DNA of 38,045 bases from a virus (lineage: Duplodnaviria > Heunggongvirae > Uroviricota > Caudoviricetes). The stretch spans positions 1-38,045 of IMG/VR virus record IMGVR_UViG_2778261204_000006; one strand, written 5' to 3'. Below are positions 9,505 through 17,136 of this stretch, one piece after another. Under the pieces are notes generated by a model. The model searched no databases. It was not told the origin of the DNA and saw only the letters and a program-made list of their open reading frames with translations. Both the position numbers and the translations under genes were made by a program. Within the stretch, counting starts at the first letter, position 1. Every line of letters begins with the position of its first letter.

Positions 9505-9556
9505 CTGCATACCTATTTTTCAATATGTGATAATCTTTTTCGTATGCTGTATCTTT

Positions 9557-9745
9557 TTAAGCGGCGTCAGTGATGGTTTTTAATCCCAGCTTTACAGCGA
9601 TTTCATGGGCTTTGCCATAGTTCGCTTTTACCTGGCCATTCAGTACGCGGTAAACCTCCGCTCTGGTGTAGTTGTTCTGTTTTGCCCACTGGGTAAAAGT
9701 GATCCCATTGCGACGGAAATGAGCTTTGACCTGGTCTGCAGTCAT
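9557..9745 (-). CDS. small DNA-binding protein (Ner/Cro-like early regulator)
   Basis: 62 aa; first gene of the leftward early operon; strong AAGGAG RBS; divergent from the repressor-like gene. Confidence 0.55.
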   Translation of the reverse strand: MTADQVKAHFRRNGITFTQWAKQNNYTRAEVYRVLNGQVKANYGKAHEIAVKLGLKTITDAA

Positions 9746-9797
9746 TGTTGTCTCCTTGTTTGGTGCAATGATGTTTGCGTTATGTGTGATAGATTAT

Positions 9798-9815
9798 TGT
9801 CTAAAAATTTAGACA
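9798..9815. promoter_or_regulatory. palindromic operator candidate TGTCTAAA-AA-TTTAGACA in the divergent regulatory region
   Basis: 8-bp perfect inverted arms with 2-bp spacer, 12 nt upstream of the repressor start. Confidence 0.4.
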
Positions 9816-9826
9816 GAGCAAGTTTT

Positions 9827-10180
9827 ATGTCCATTAATTTAGAAAAAATACATGCGCGTCTCATTTCAGAATTAAAACGTGTTGGTCCTTTGGCGGTATC
9901 TAAGTCCACTGGTATCTCGCGGGCGACGATTTATAACTGGATGGAAAAAGGAAATATCCCGCTAGATAAACTGGTAGTTTTAGGAGCAGCAGGAGTAGAT
10001 GTTGCCTTCATTCTTACGGGTATGAGCACAGATGGTGAGGTGGAAATTCAGAACCGGATATCCCCCGAAAAACAAAAATTAATAGATACTTTTGACGACA
10101 TGACACCAGAGCAACAACGCTCATTTCTTGAGATTGGGCGATTCTATACTCAGCCAAAACCAGGAAAAATCGCAGGCTGA
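9827..10180 (+). CDS. HTH (XRE/Cro-C1 type) repressor-like protein
   Basis: 117 aa from ATG 9827; HTH segment KSTGISRATIYNWMEKGNIP; divergent from the early operon as c is in Mu. Confidence 0.6.
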   Translation: MSINLEKIHARLISELKRVGPLAVSKSTGISRATIYNWMEKGNIPLDKLVVLGAAGVDVAFILTGMSTDGEVEIQNRISPEKQKLIDTFDDMTPEQQRSFLEIGRFYTQPKPGKIAG

Positions 10181-10266
10181 TTCTGACCTGGACACAAAGG
10201 ACAGGTGGTTGATCTGGACGCTTTCAGAAAGCGCCGTCAGTAGCATGGCAGGAATGGGCTGATTTA

Positions 10267-10297
10267 CCGGAAAGCATTGTGCTTTCCGGTTTTGTTT
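10267..10297 (+). terminator. rho-independent terminator downstream of the repressor-like gene
   Basis: CCGGAAAGC / GCTTTCCGG 9-bp stem, 5-nt loop, followed by TTTTGTTT. Confidence 0.5.
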
Positions 10298-11061
10298 CAG
10301 AAGTTGCAGATTACCAGTTCACGGCGCGGCGTGGGTTTCCCCGCCAGACTGTAGTTGATATTCACCGTCTGTATGTTCAGTTCAGTGAACACCCGACGCA
10401 TCTGCGGAATGTCGTTCACCGAGATAATCATCTTTCCTCTGATGCACCGGGCCAGTTCTGCGAGTAGTGTGTAGTTCTCTTCAGGAAAATCCACACCATA
10501 GCCTTCCGTCCCCAGATAGGGCGGATCACAGTAGAACAACGTGTGCGGACGGTCATAACGCTTAATGCACTGGTGCCAGTCCATGTGCTCTATCACCGTT
10601 CTGGAAAGCCGCAGGTGTGCCGCTGACAGTTCTTCTTCAATACGTAGCAGGTTGAAGCGTGGCGGAGATGTGGTGGATGTGCCGAAGCTGTGCTCTGCCA
10701 CCTTGCCACCAAATGCCTGCTTCTGGAGGTAGTAGAACCGTGCCGCACGCTGGATATCCGTCAGTGTTTCTTCCGGGGTGATCTGCAGCCATTTGTAGAT
10801 CTGCCGGCTAACCAGCGCCCATTTGAACTGGCGGATAAATTCTTCCAGGTGATGTTTTACCACCCGGTACAGATTCACCAGTTCACCATTGATATCGTTA
10901 ATGACTTCGAGCTTGCCGGGAGTCTTGAGAAAATAGAGCGCAGCTGCGCCGCAGAACGGCTCCACATAACATTCATGCGCAGGAAACAGCGGCAGGATGT
11001 GTTTTGCCAGGCGGCGTTTGCCACCAATCCATGGAACGATGGGTAATGTCTGCGTTTTCAT
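10297..11061 (-). CDS. Dam-like N6-adenine DNA methyltransferase
   Basis: 254 aa; DPPY catalytic motif (LFYCDPPYLG) and SAM-binding FxGxG-like motif (EPFCGAAA). Confidence 0.85.
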   Translation of the reverse strand: MKTQTLPIVPWIGGKRRLAKHILPLFPAHECYVEPFCGAAALYFLKTPGKLEVINDINGELVNLYRVVKHHLEEFIRQFKWALVSRQIYKWLQITPEETLTDIQRAARFYYLQKQAFGGKVAEHSFGTSTTSPPRFNLLRIEEELSAAHLRLSRTVIEHMDWHQCIKRYDRPHTLFYCDPPYLGTEGYGVDFPEENYTLLAELARCIRGKMIISVNDIPQMRRVFTELNIQTVNINYSLAGKPTPRRELVICNF

Positions 11062-11250
11062 AATCTGTAAGCCTTTTACAATTATTAAAAATATGGCAGG
11101 CTAGTCTGGTCTCGCGAGACTGACTGAACCTTGGTCGGCTCACAGTGCATTCCTGTGGGACGATGGCCAGCCCGGCTTTCGGGTGCCGGGCTGGTCGTTC
11201 TTTCATGATGCGGCAGGGATGAAGTGATTTCTGTTGATGTGGTTTAGGGA

Positions 11251-11466
11251 TTATCCGGGGCGATTTTCTGACCTTATCTGGTCCAGGGCATAAGTGATCC
11301 CTTCTGCAAAAACAGAAGTATCGAACTGCTTTTGTATTTCCTGAAAATGAACAGTGGCACGACAGATACTCAGTTCTCCGCGATGTAACCGGATAATATC
11401 TTCCAGAACATTGTTCACTGCTTCGGCACGGCGCTGATGTTCTGTTAACGTTAATCGGGGATTCAT
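11251..11466 (-). CDS. hypothetical small protein (71 aa); uncertain
   Basis: AAGGAG RBS 6 nt upstream of ATG 11466, but start overlaps the divergent start of the 134-aa ORF. Confidence 0.35.
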   Translation of the reverse strand: MNPRLTLTEHQRRAEAVNNVLEDIIRLHRGELSICRATVHFQEIQKQFDTSVFAEGITYALDQIRSENRPG

Positions 11467-11869
11467 GATGCACTCCTTAAATGATGATTTTTATGTACTC
11501 ACCGGCAAAATATTCTGCCGATTACTGAACACGCATCCGGCACCTCAGGTTTTGATTTATTCTGGTTTTTTCGATATCCCGGACCAGGTTGATCACGACC
11601 AGAAAAAGTGCCGGTATTTTATTGATACGCTGATATGGCTTCGGGATAACAGCTATATTCGTTACTCTCAGTTGCTGGCTGTGGGAGCGGCTGATGTCGT
11701 CCTCACGGAAAAAACGCTCTGTCTGCTCAATGCCATGCCGACCTTTCTGCAGCCCCGGCCCGTACCATTTAAAGAGTCGCTTCTGGATGCAGTAAAAACC
11801 GGTGAAAATGCAGTCATCGCTGAATGCGTATCCCGGATTATGCGTTACGTGTTTAATGAACGTAAGTGA
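11465..11869 (+). CDS. hypothetical protein (134 aa)
   Basis: Exactly fills the gap between minus-strand genes; 3' end overlaps the P-loop gene by 25 nt; looks AT-richer than flanks by eye. Confidence 0.45.
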   Translation: MMHSLNDDFYVLTGKIFCRLLNTHPAPQVLIYSGFFDIPDQVDHDQKKCRYFIDTLIWLRDNSYIRYSQLLAVGAADVVLTEKTLCLLNAMPTFLQPRPVPFKESLLDAVKTGENAVIAECVSRIMRYVFNERK

Positions 11870-12588
11870 GGTTTATCCGCTGTCTGCATAATCCCGATAG
11901 CCAGTGCGAGGGGAAGCAATTCCGGGGAAACTCTTTCAAACAGCGATTCCCATTCTCCTCTCGCCATCACTCTGTCCAGCCCTCCCTCCAGCTGCATTTC
12001 AGCAATCTTCCTGATTTCCCGGAACAACGCCGCTTTGATCTCTTCGTGCTCAGCTTTATTTTCCGGTGTCAGAATGTATTCGTCGAAGAACCGGGGAGGC
12101 TGGTTAACGGGGATTGTGTTCACCGGGATGTGTTCCTGCTTCCCGTACTTCGGGGCCGAAAAACATTCTGTTGGCTGACCGGTGAGTTTACGTAACTCCT
12201 TCATGAGCAGCTCCTGATCGTAAACTGTCATCAGTGCCGCAATGGTGGCATGCAGTGCATCGGGCAGTATCCAGGGTTGCCGGCCCGTGGGGCATATAAC
12301 ATCCAGCAGCTCATTCGTCCGACAGATACGCTCCTCGCCGTATGACAACAGGCCCTGTCCCGTGTATTCCTCCAGCCTGATCACTGTGCCACCCCGTGGC
12401 TTCTGCCAGGTCGTCAGATCATCGCCATTCATACGGCGCTCATTCTCCACGTCAGCAGCATCGACAATGACGCTGTTTCCGAGTTCCTGTTTCACCACTT
12501 CCTCTATCCGCGCCAGTACGTAACTTTTACCGCTGCCCACAGGACCGGACACGGTGACAGTGATGACCGGATTCAGTGTGTGCGTCAT
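11845..12588 (-). CDS. P-loop NTPase/kinase-like protein of unknown function
   Basis: 247 aa; N-terminal Walker A VSGPVGSGKSY; GAGGAG RBS; divergent from the lysis cassette. Confidence 0.55.
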   Translation of the reverse strand: MTHTLNPVITVTVSGPVGSGKSYVLARIEEVVKQELGNSVIVDAADVENERRMNGDDLTTWQKPRGGTVIRLEEYTGQGLLSYGEERICRTNELLDVICPTGRQPWILPDALHATIAALMTVYDQELLMKELRKLTGQPTECFSAPKYGKQEHIPVNTIPVNQPPRFFDEYILTPENKAEHEEIKAALFREIRKIAEMQLEGGLDRVMARGEWESLFERVSPELLPLALAIGIMQTADKPHLRSLNT

Positions 12589-12659
12589 ATCGTATTCTCC
12601 TCTGTGAATAATTCATCGTTTATCCTGCACATCCCGTATCCCCGGCTCTCTTAACGCGC

Positions 12660-12699
12660 TTTAAAATCCTTCGCGCCCCGTATTTGTGATGCTGTCTCC
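12660..12699 (+). promoter_or_regulatory. candidate activator-dependent late promoter (lysis operon)
   Basis: TTTAAAATCC at 12660 and CTGTCTCC at 12692, 32 bp apart; same bipartite motif upstream of three other late units. Confidence 0.4.
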
Positions 12700-12718
12700 A
12701 CCAGACAAGGAGACACAC

Positions 12719-13069
12719 ATGAAAAACCTGAAAAAATTCATTCCCCCTGTTAAAAAACCTCGCCTCAGCGGCTGGCTGCTGACCTCAGTGCTGCTGCTGG
12801 GCACCATCGCTCTGGTATCGCCACAGCAGTTGCCTGTTGTGATCTACAAGCTGGCACTCATCACGCTGGCAGCAGTGCTGGGTTACTGGCTTGACCGTTC
12901 GCTCTTCCCCAAAGCCCGTCCCGGTCAGTACCTGAAACATGACAACAGGCTGATGGCTGAAGGGCGTTTCCCTGTGCAGACCGGCCTGCACCTGGTGTTT
13001 TCTGCTGCGTTAATCCGCCGCGCACTGATTGTTGCAGCAGTCTGTCTGGCTGTGGCAACAGGGCTGTGA
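12719..13069 (+). CDS. putative holin / lysis membrane protein
   Basis: 116 aa from ATG 12719 (AAGGAGA RBS); 2-3 hydrophobic helices; immediately upstream of and overlapping the endolysin. Confidence 0.5.
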   Translation: MKNLKKFIPPVKKPRLSGWLLTSVLLLGTIALVSPQQLPVVIYKLALITLAAVLGYWLDRSLFPKARPGQYLKHDNRLMAEGRFPVQTGLHLVFSAALIRRALIVAAVCLAVATGL

Positions 13070-13071
13070 CC

Positions 13072-13797
13072 ATGAACTGGCCTCAAATCACCCTCATTAT
13101 TCTGTTCGCCTTTGCTCTGGGCGTAACCGCCATCAGACACGGCGAACCACGTAACGATAAATACAGCTTCTGGTGGCAGCTTGCTGGCAACCTGGTGATT
13201 GCCTGGCTGCTCTGGTGTGGCGGCTTTTTCAGTCAGGCATCCGCAGCACAGCCCCCGCGGGCTGCCCTGCAGTATCGCGATGATGTGATCCGTAATGCCC
13301 GCCTTGAATGGGGACTGTCTGCGCCGGTGGCTGATTTCGCTGCGCAACTGCATCAGGAAAGCGGCTGGCGACCTGATGCGATCTCGCCGGTGGGGGCTCA
13401 GGGACTGGCGCAGTTTATGCCTGCCACTGCCGACTGGATAAGCCAGTTGATGCCGGCGCTGAGCAGTCGAGAGCCGTTTAATCCGGCATGGGCTATCCGG
13501 GCGCTGGTCAGTTATGACCGCTGGCTGTGGCAGCGCATCAGCGCCGCCAGTGACTGCGAGCGTATGGCCATGACGCTGTCGGGCTATAACGGGGGTCTTG
13601 GCTGGGTACAGCGGGACAGGCAACTTGCATCACAGAAAGGGCTGGACCGTACCCGCTGGTTCGGACATGTCGCCACGGTGAATGCCGGACGCAATGCTGC
13701 CAGCTGGCGGGAGAACCGTCATTATCCCCGGCGCATCCTGTTCACGCTTGCCCCGCGTTATCTCTCATGGGGAGGGGCAAGCTGTGTGGGTACGTAA
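13072..13797 (+). CDS. lytic transglycosylase (SLT-domain) endolysin with N-terminal hydrophobic segment
   Basis: Motif ESGWRPDAISPVGAQGLAQFMP typical of SLT; N-terminus MNWPQITLIILFAFALGVTAI; alternative GTG start at 13066. Confidence 0.8.
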   Translation: MNWPQITLIILFAFALGVTAIRHGEPRNDKYSFWWQLAGNLVIAWLLWCGGFFSQASAAQPPRAALQYRDDVIRNARLEWGLSAPVADFAAQLHQESGWRPDAISPVGAQGLAQFMPATADWISQLMPALSSREPFNPAWAIRALVSYDRWLWQRISAASDCERMAMTLSGYNGGLGWVQRDRQLASQKGLDRTRWFGHVATVNAGRNAASWRENRHYPRRILFTLAPRYLSWGGASCVGT

Positions 13798-14437
13798 GTT
13801 ACGGTCGCTGCCGTGGCGGGTCATTATGCTGGCCATTCTCCTGAACGCCTTCCTGCTGGCGATCTGGTGGCTGGGATACAGCACAGGCCACGACCGGGCC
13901 TCCGCTGACGGTCAGGCGGCGCTCAGCCGCCTGCAGGCGGATTTTGACGGATACCGGGCAGAACAGGCCCGGAGTGAGGTGGCGGCGCTGCGCGCATGGT
14001 CTGAGCGTTATCAGGAGCAGGTAGCCGCCGGGCAACGGGCTGAAGCTGGTTATCTTGAGCAGATTGCTCAACTGGAGGACCAGAACAAACAACTACAGGG
14101 GCAAATTAACGATGTCACACAGCGCTGGATTGATGAAAAAGGTAAGAGCCATCCCATTGAGTGCGTGTTTACTCGCGGTTTCGTGCGCCAGTACAACGCC
14201 GCACTCGGATACGACAACGCATCCGTCGACACCGGTCATTCAGACTCAGTTGCCGCCGCTGGCACCCGCTCTGGCACAGCGACCGGGCAACCTGAAACCG
14301 CTGATACCCGGTTACGCGATTCGGGTGTCTCCCAGCGTGACGTTCTCGCCAACCTCATCGACAACGCAGGGCAATGTCGTCGCTGGCGAAACCAGATAAA
14401 CGCGCTGCTGGATGAACGGGAAGGATTACAGAAATGA
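13784..14437 (+). CDS. i-spanin (Rz-like)
   Basis: GTG start with GGGGAGGGG RBS; N-terminal TM then coiled-coil periplasmic domain; follows the endolysin. Confidence 0.65.
   Translation: MWVRKLRSLPWRVIMLAILLNAFLLAIWWLGYSTGHDRASADGQAALSRLQADFDGYRAEQARSEVAALRAWSERYQEQVAAGQRAEAGYLEQIAQLEDQNKQLQGQINDVTQRWIDEKGKSHPIECVFTRGFVRQYNAALGYDNASVDTGHSDSVAAAGTRSGTATGQPETADTRLRDSGVSQRDVLANLIDNAGQCRRWRNQINALLDEREGLQK
14133..14399 (+). CDS. o-spanin (Rz1-like lipoprotein) embedded in +1 frame within the i-spanin gene
   Basis: MKKVRAIPLSACLLAVSC lipoprotein signal with lipobox Cys, proline-rich mature region; wholly inside 13784..14437. Confidence 0.6.
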   Translation: MKKVRAIPLSACLLAVSCASTTPHSDTTTHPSTPVIQTQLPPLAPALAQRPGNLKPLIPGYAIRVSPSVTFSPTSSTTQGNVVAGETR

Positions 14438-14760
14438 CACTGCAGGTTGAATTCTGGACGGTGGTTGGCTTTCTGCTCACCTTCATGGGCTTTGTCGGCG
14501 GTATGGCCAAATGGCTGTTCAGTAAAGCGGAGGAACGCCAGGCTGCACGCTTCGCCTCCCTTGAACAGGCCCTGCAACAGTCCGCCTCCAGTTGGGGCGA
14601 GCTGGAAAAAGAATTGATGCGATTTAAAGCGGATTTACCGCTGAATTATGTCCGTCGCGAGGATTATATCCGTGGCCAGACGGTCATTGAGGCCAAACTG
14701 GACGCGCTCTACAACAAACTGGAAGTGGTACAGCAGTACCGCAATACCGGAGGTCAATAA
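14434..14760 (+). CDS. hypothetical membrane protein (late operon)
   Basis: 108 aa; ATGA overlap with spanin stop; N-terminal TM. Confidence 0.5.
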   Translation: MTLQVEFWTVVGFLLTFMGFVGGMAKWLFSKAEERQAARFASLEQALQQSASSWGELEKELMRFKADLPLNYVRREDYIRGQTVIEAKLDALYNKLEVVQQYRNTGGQ

Positions 14761-15071
14761 TGGTCGATATTACCCGTGTGCGCCGCGAATCCCTGCGCTG
14801 GAGTCTGCTGGTTGCCCTGAACAAAACCCGCCCTTATACCGCCAGCGAGACGCTGCTGCTGGAAGTGTCCCGCGCCATCTACCCGGACACCACGCAACTG
14901 GAGCTGCGCCGTGAGCTTGATTACCTGGCAGATCGCAAGATGGTGGAACTGGAGAAGAGGCCTTCCGGTGACTGGTTTGCCGATCTGAGTCGCCTTGGTG
15001 TGGATATTGTGGAATACACCGTGGAATGCGGCCCCGGTATTGCCCGACCGGAAAAATACTGGAGTGAGTGA
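14760..15071 (+). CDS. hypothetical late protein
   Basis: 103 aa; GGAGG RBS; TAATG overlap. Confidence 0.5.
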   Translation: MVDITRVRRESLRWSLLVALNKTRPYTASETLLLEVSRAIYPDTTQLELRRELDYLADRKMVELEKRPSGDWFADLSRLGVDIVEYTVECGPGIARPEKYWSE

Positions 15072-15073
15072 TT

Positions 15074-15616
15074 ATGGGACGTCGCAGCAGCATTGATTCT
15101 CTGCCGAAGGAGGTCCGTCGCTGGCTTGAGCGGGCACTGACGGAGAATAATTTCACCGGCTATGCAGAGCTTGAAAGTCTGTTGAAGGAAAAGGGGTACA
15201 GCATCACCCGCTCTTCCCTGCAGCGGTTTGGCTACAAAATGGAGCAGCAACTGGCCCGTGTGCGGGCGGCAACCGAGGCAGCGCGTCTGCTTGCCCGGGA
15301 GGCCGGAGACGATCCTGATGACCGTTCAGCCGGGCTGATAACCCTCGTCCAGACCGAAATGACGGATATCCTGATGCGCCTGCAGGAGTCGCGGGAAAAC
15401 GACGATCCCTTCGCCCGGGCAAAACTGCTGGCAACGGCTTCAAAAAATATCGCCACACTGACCCGCGCCTCGGTCAACCTCAAGCGCTATCAGGCAGAAG
15501 TCAGAGAGAGGGTTGAACGTGCTGCCGCTGCCGCCGAGAAAATTGCCCGTAAGGGCGGGCTCTCTGCGGAAGCCGTACAGGCACTGCGCCGGGAAATTCT
15601 GGGGGTGGCATCATGA
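15074..15616 (+). CDS. DNA-binding protein, candidate small terminase subunit
   Basis: About 180 aa immediately upstream of and overlapping the large terminase; basic N-terminus. Confidence 0.5.
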   Translation: MGRRSSIDSLPKEVRRWLERALTENNFTGYAELESLLKEKGYSITRSSLQRFGYKMEQQLARVRAATEAARLLAREAGDDPDDRSAGLITLVQTEMTDILMRLQESRENDDPFARAKLLATASKNIATLTRASVNLKRYQAEVRERVERAAAAAEKIARKGGLSAEAVQALRREILGVAS

Positions 15617-17136
15617 CGGAGCTGCCGCCGCACATTCCTGACACCGCGAGTTATGAGGCACCGCCCGTTCTGTTGCCTTACCAGCAGCGCTGGGTGGCAG
15701 ACACCTCTCCGCTTAAGGTGATGGAAAAGAGCCGTCGTACCGGTATTACATGGGCTGAGGCATCCGATAACGTACTGACCGCCGCCTCTTCTGCGCCTGC
15801 AGGCGGGATGAATGTGTATTACATCGCCTATAACCAGGATATGACCGTCGAATACATTCAGGCGTGTGCGATGTGGGCACGGGCATTCAACTATGCGGCC
15901 AGTGAAATTGAAGAAGGATTCTGGGAAGAGGACGACGACGATAAACACATCAGGACTTACACCATCAAATTTCCTGACTCCGGCTTTCGTATTGTTGCGC
16001 TCTCCAGCCGCCCGTCTAACCTGCGTGGCCGTCAGGGTATTATTGTTATCGACGAAGCGGCGTTCCATGAGCAACTGGACGAACTGCTGAAAGCGGCGCT
16101 GGCGATGCTTATCTGGGGGGGCAAGGTACGCGTTATCTCCACCCATGACGGTGACGACAATCCGTTCAATACGCTTATCGGGGATATCCGTGCCGGACGT
16201 CAGGGAGGCAGCGTACATCGCATCACTTTCCGGGAAGCCGTATCTGAAGGGTTGTTCCGGCGTGTCTGTCTGCGCACCGGGGAGGAATGGTCGGAGGCAT
16301 CCGAACAGGCCTGGATGGCGTCGGTGTACAAATTCTACGGTGCCGGTGCATCCGAAGAGCTTGACTGTATTCCGGCCAACGGTGGCGGTGCCTGGCTGTC
16401 CCGAGCCCTGATAGAGTCCCGCATGTCCGCTGATACGCCGGTATTGCGTCTGACCTGCCAGGAAGGTTATGAACTGCTGTCTGATGAGGTTCGCTTCCGC
16501 GAGACGCAGGACTGGCTTGATGAGCATCTGAAACCATTACTGGAGGCACTCCCCACTGATGCCCGCTCTTTCCTGGGGCGCGACTTTGGCCGCAGCGGTG
16601 ATTTGTCGGTGGACTACCCGTTGTTGCAGGAGAAGAACCTGATACGACGCGTGCCATTCGTACTGGAGCTGCGTAACGTGCCGTTCAGACAGCAGGAGCA
16701 AATCACCTGGTATCTGATGGATGGTCTGCCCGGTCTGCTGGGTGCAGCGTTTGATGCCCGTGGTAATGGTGCCTATCTGGCTGAATACGCCATGCAGCGC
16801 TACGGTTCCAGCCGGGTTCAGCAGGTGATGCCAACCGAAGGCTGGTACCGGGAGCATATGCCTCCGGTCAAAGCTGCACTGGAAGACGGTAACCTGGTGG
16901 ACTTACCAAAGGATGAAGACACACTGGATGACCTGCGGGCCGTTCAGGTGGTGAACGGTGTCCCCCGCGTGCCGGAGCAACGCTCAAAAGCAAAGGCTGA
17001 TGGTGGTAAACGCCACGGGGATTCAGCCATCGCACTGGCGCTGGCGTATTTCGCCAGCCGTGAAATTAACAAAGGGCCGGTGAAGGCAAGCTCACGCCGT
17101 CGTCGTCAGGCGGCCCGTATGCTGGAGGGATTCTGA
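15613..17136 (+). CDS. terminase large subunit
   Basis: 507 aa; position directly upstream of portal; acidic DEAA-like segment (IVIDEAAFHEQ). Confidence 0.75.
   Translation: MTELPPHIPDTASYEAPPVLLPYQQRWVADTSPLKVMEKSRRTGITWAEASDNVLTAASSAPAGGMNVYYIAYNQDMTVEYIQACAMWARAFNYAASEIEEGFWEEDDDDKHIRTYTIKFPDSGFRIVALSSRPSNLRGRQGIIVIDEAAFHEQLDELLKAALAMLIWGGKVRVISTHDGDDNPFNTLIGDIRAGRQGGSVHRITFREAVSEGLFRRVCLRTGEEWSEASEQAWMASVYKFYGAGASEELDCIPANGGGAWLSRALIESRMSADTPVLRLTCQEGYELLSDEVRFRETQDWLDEHLKPLLEALPTDARSFLGRDFGRSGDLSVDYPLLQEKNLIRRVPFVLELRNVPFRQQEQITWYLMDGLPGLLGAAFDARGNGAYLAEYAMQRYGSSRVQQVMPTEGWYREHMPPVKAALEDGNLVDLPKDEDTLDDLRAVQVVNGVPRVPEQRSKAKADGGKRHGDSAIALALAYFASREINKGPVKASSRRRRQAARMLEGF

Noticed and set aside
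10973-11473. 166-aa minus-strand ORF overlapping the Dam start and upstream region
   Set aside because: Overlaps the Dam start and the palindrome-rich intergenic region in another frame; Cys/Arg/Pro-rich; the 71-aa ORF in this region has a far better RBS.
12925-13623. 232-aa minus-strand ORF across the holin/endolysin region
   Set aside because: Antisense to the lysis cassette; Arg/Pro/Ser-rich composition of a shadow ORF.
15490-16527. 345-aa minus-strand ORF inside the terminase gene
   Set aside because: Antisense to the terminase large subunit; low-complexity Arg/Gly/Pro-rich translation and no RBS context.
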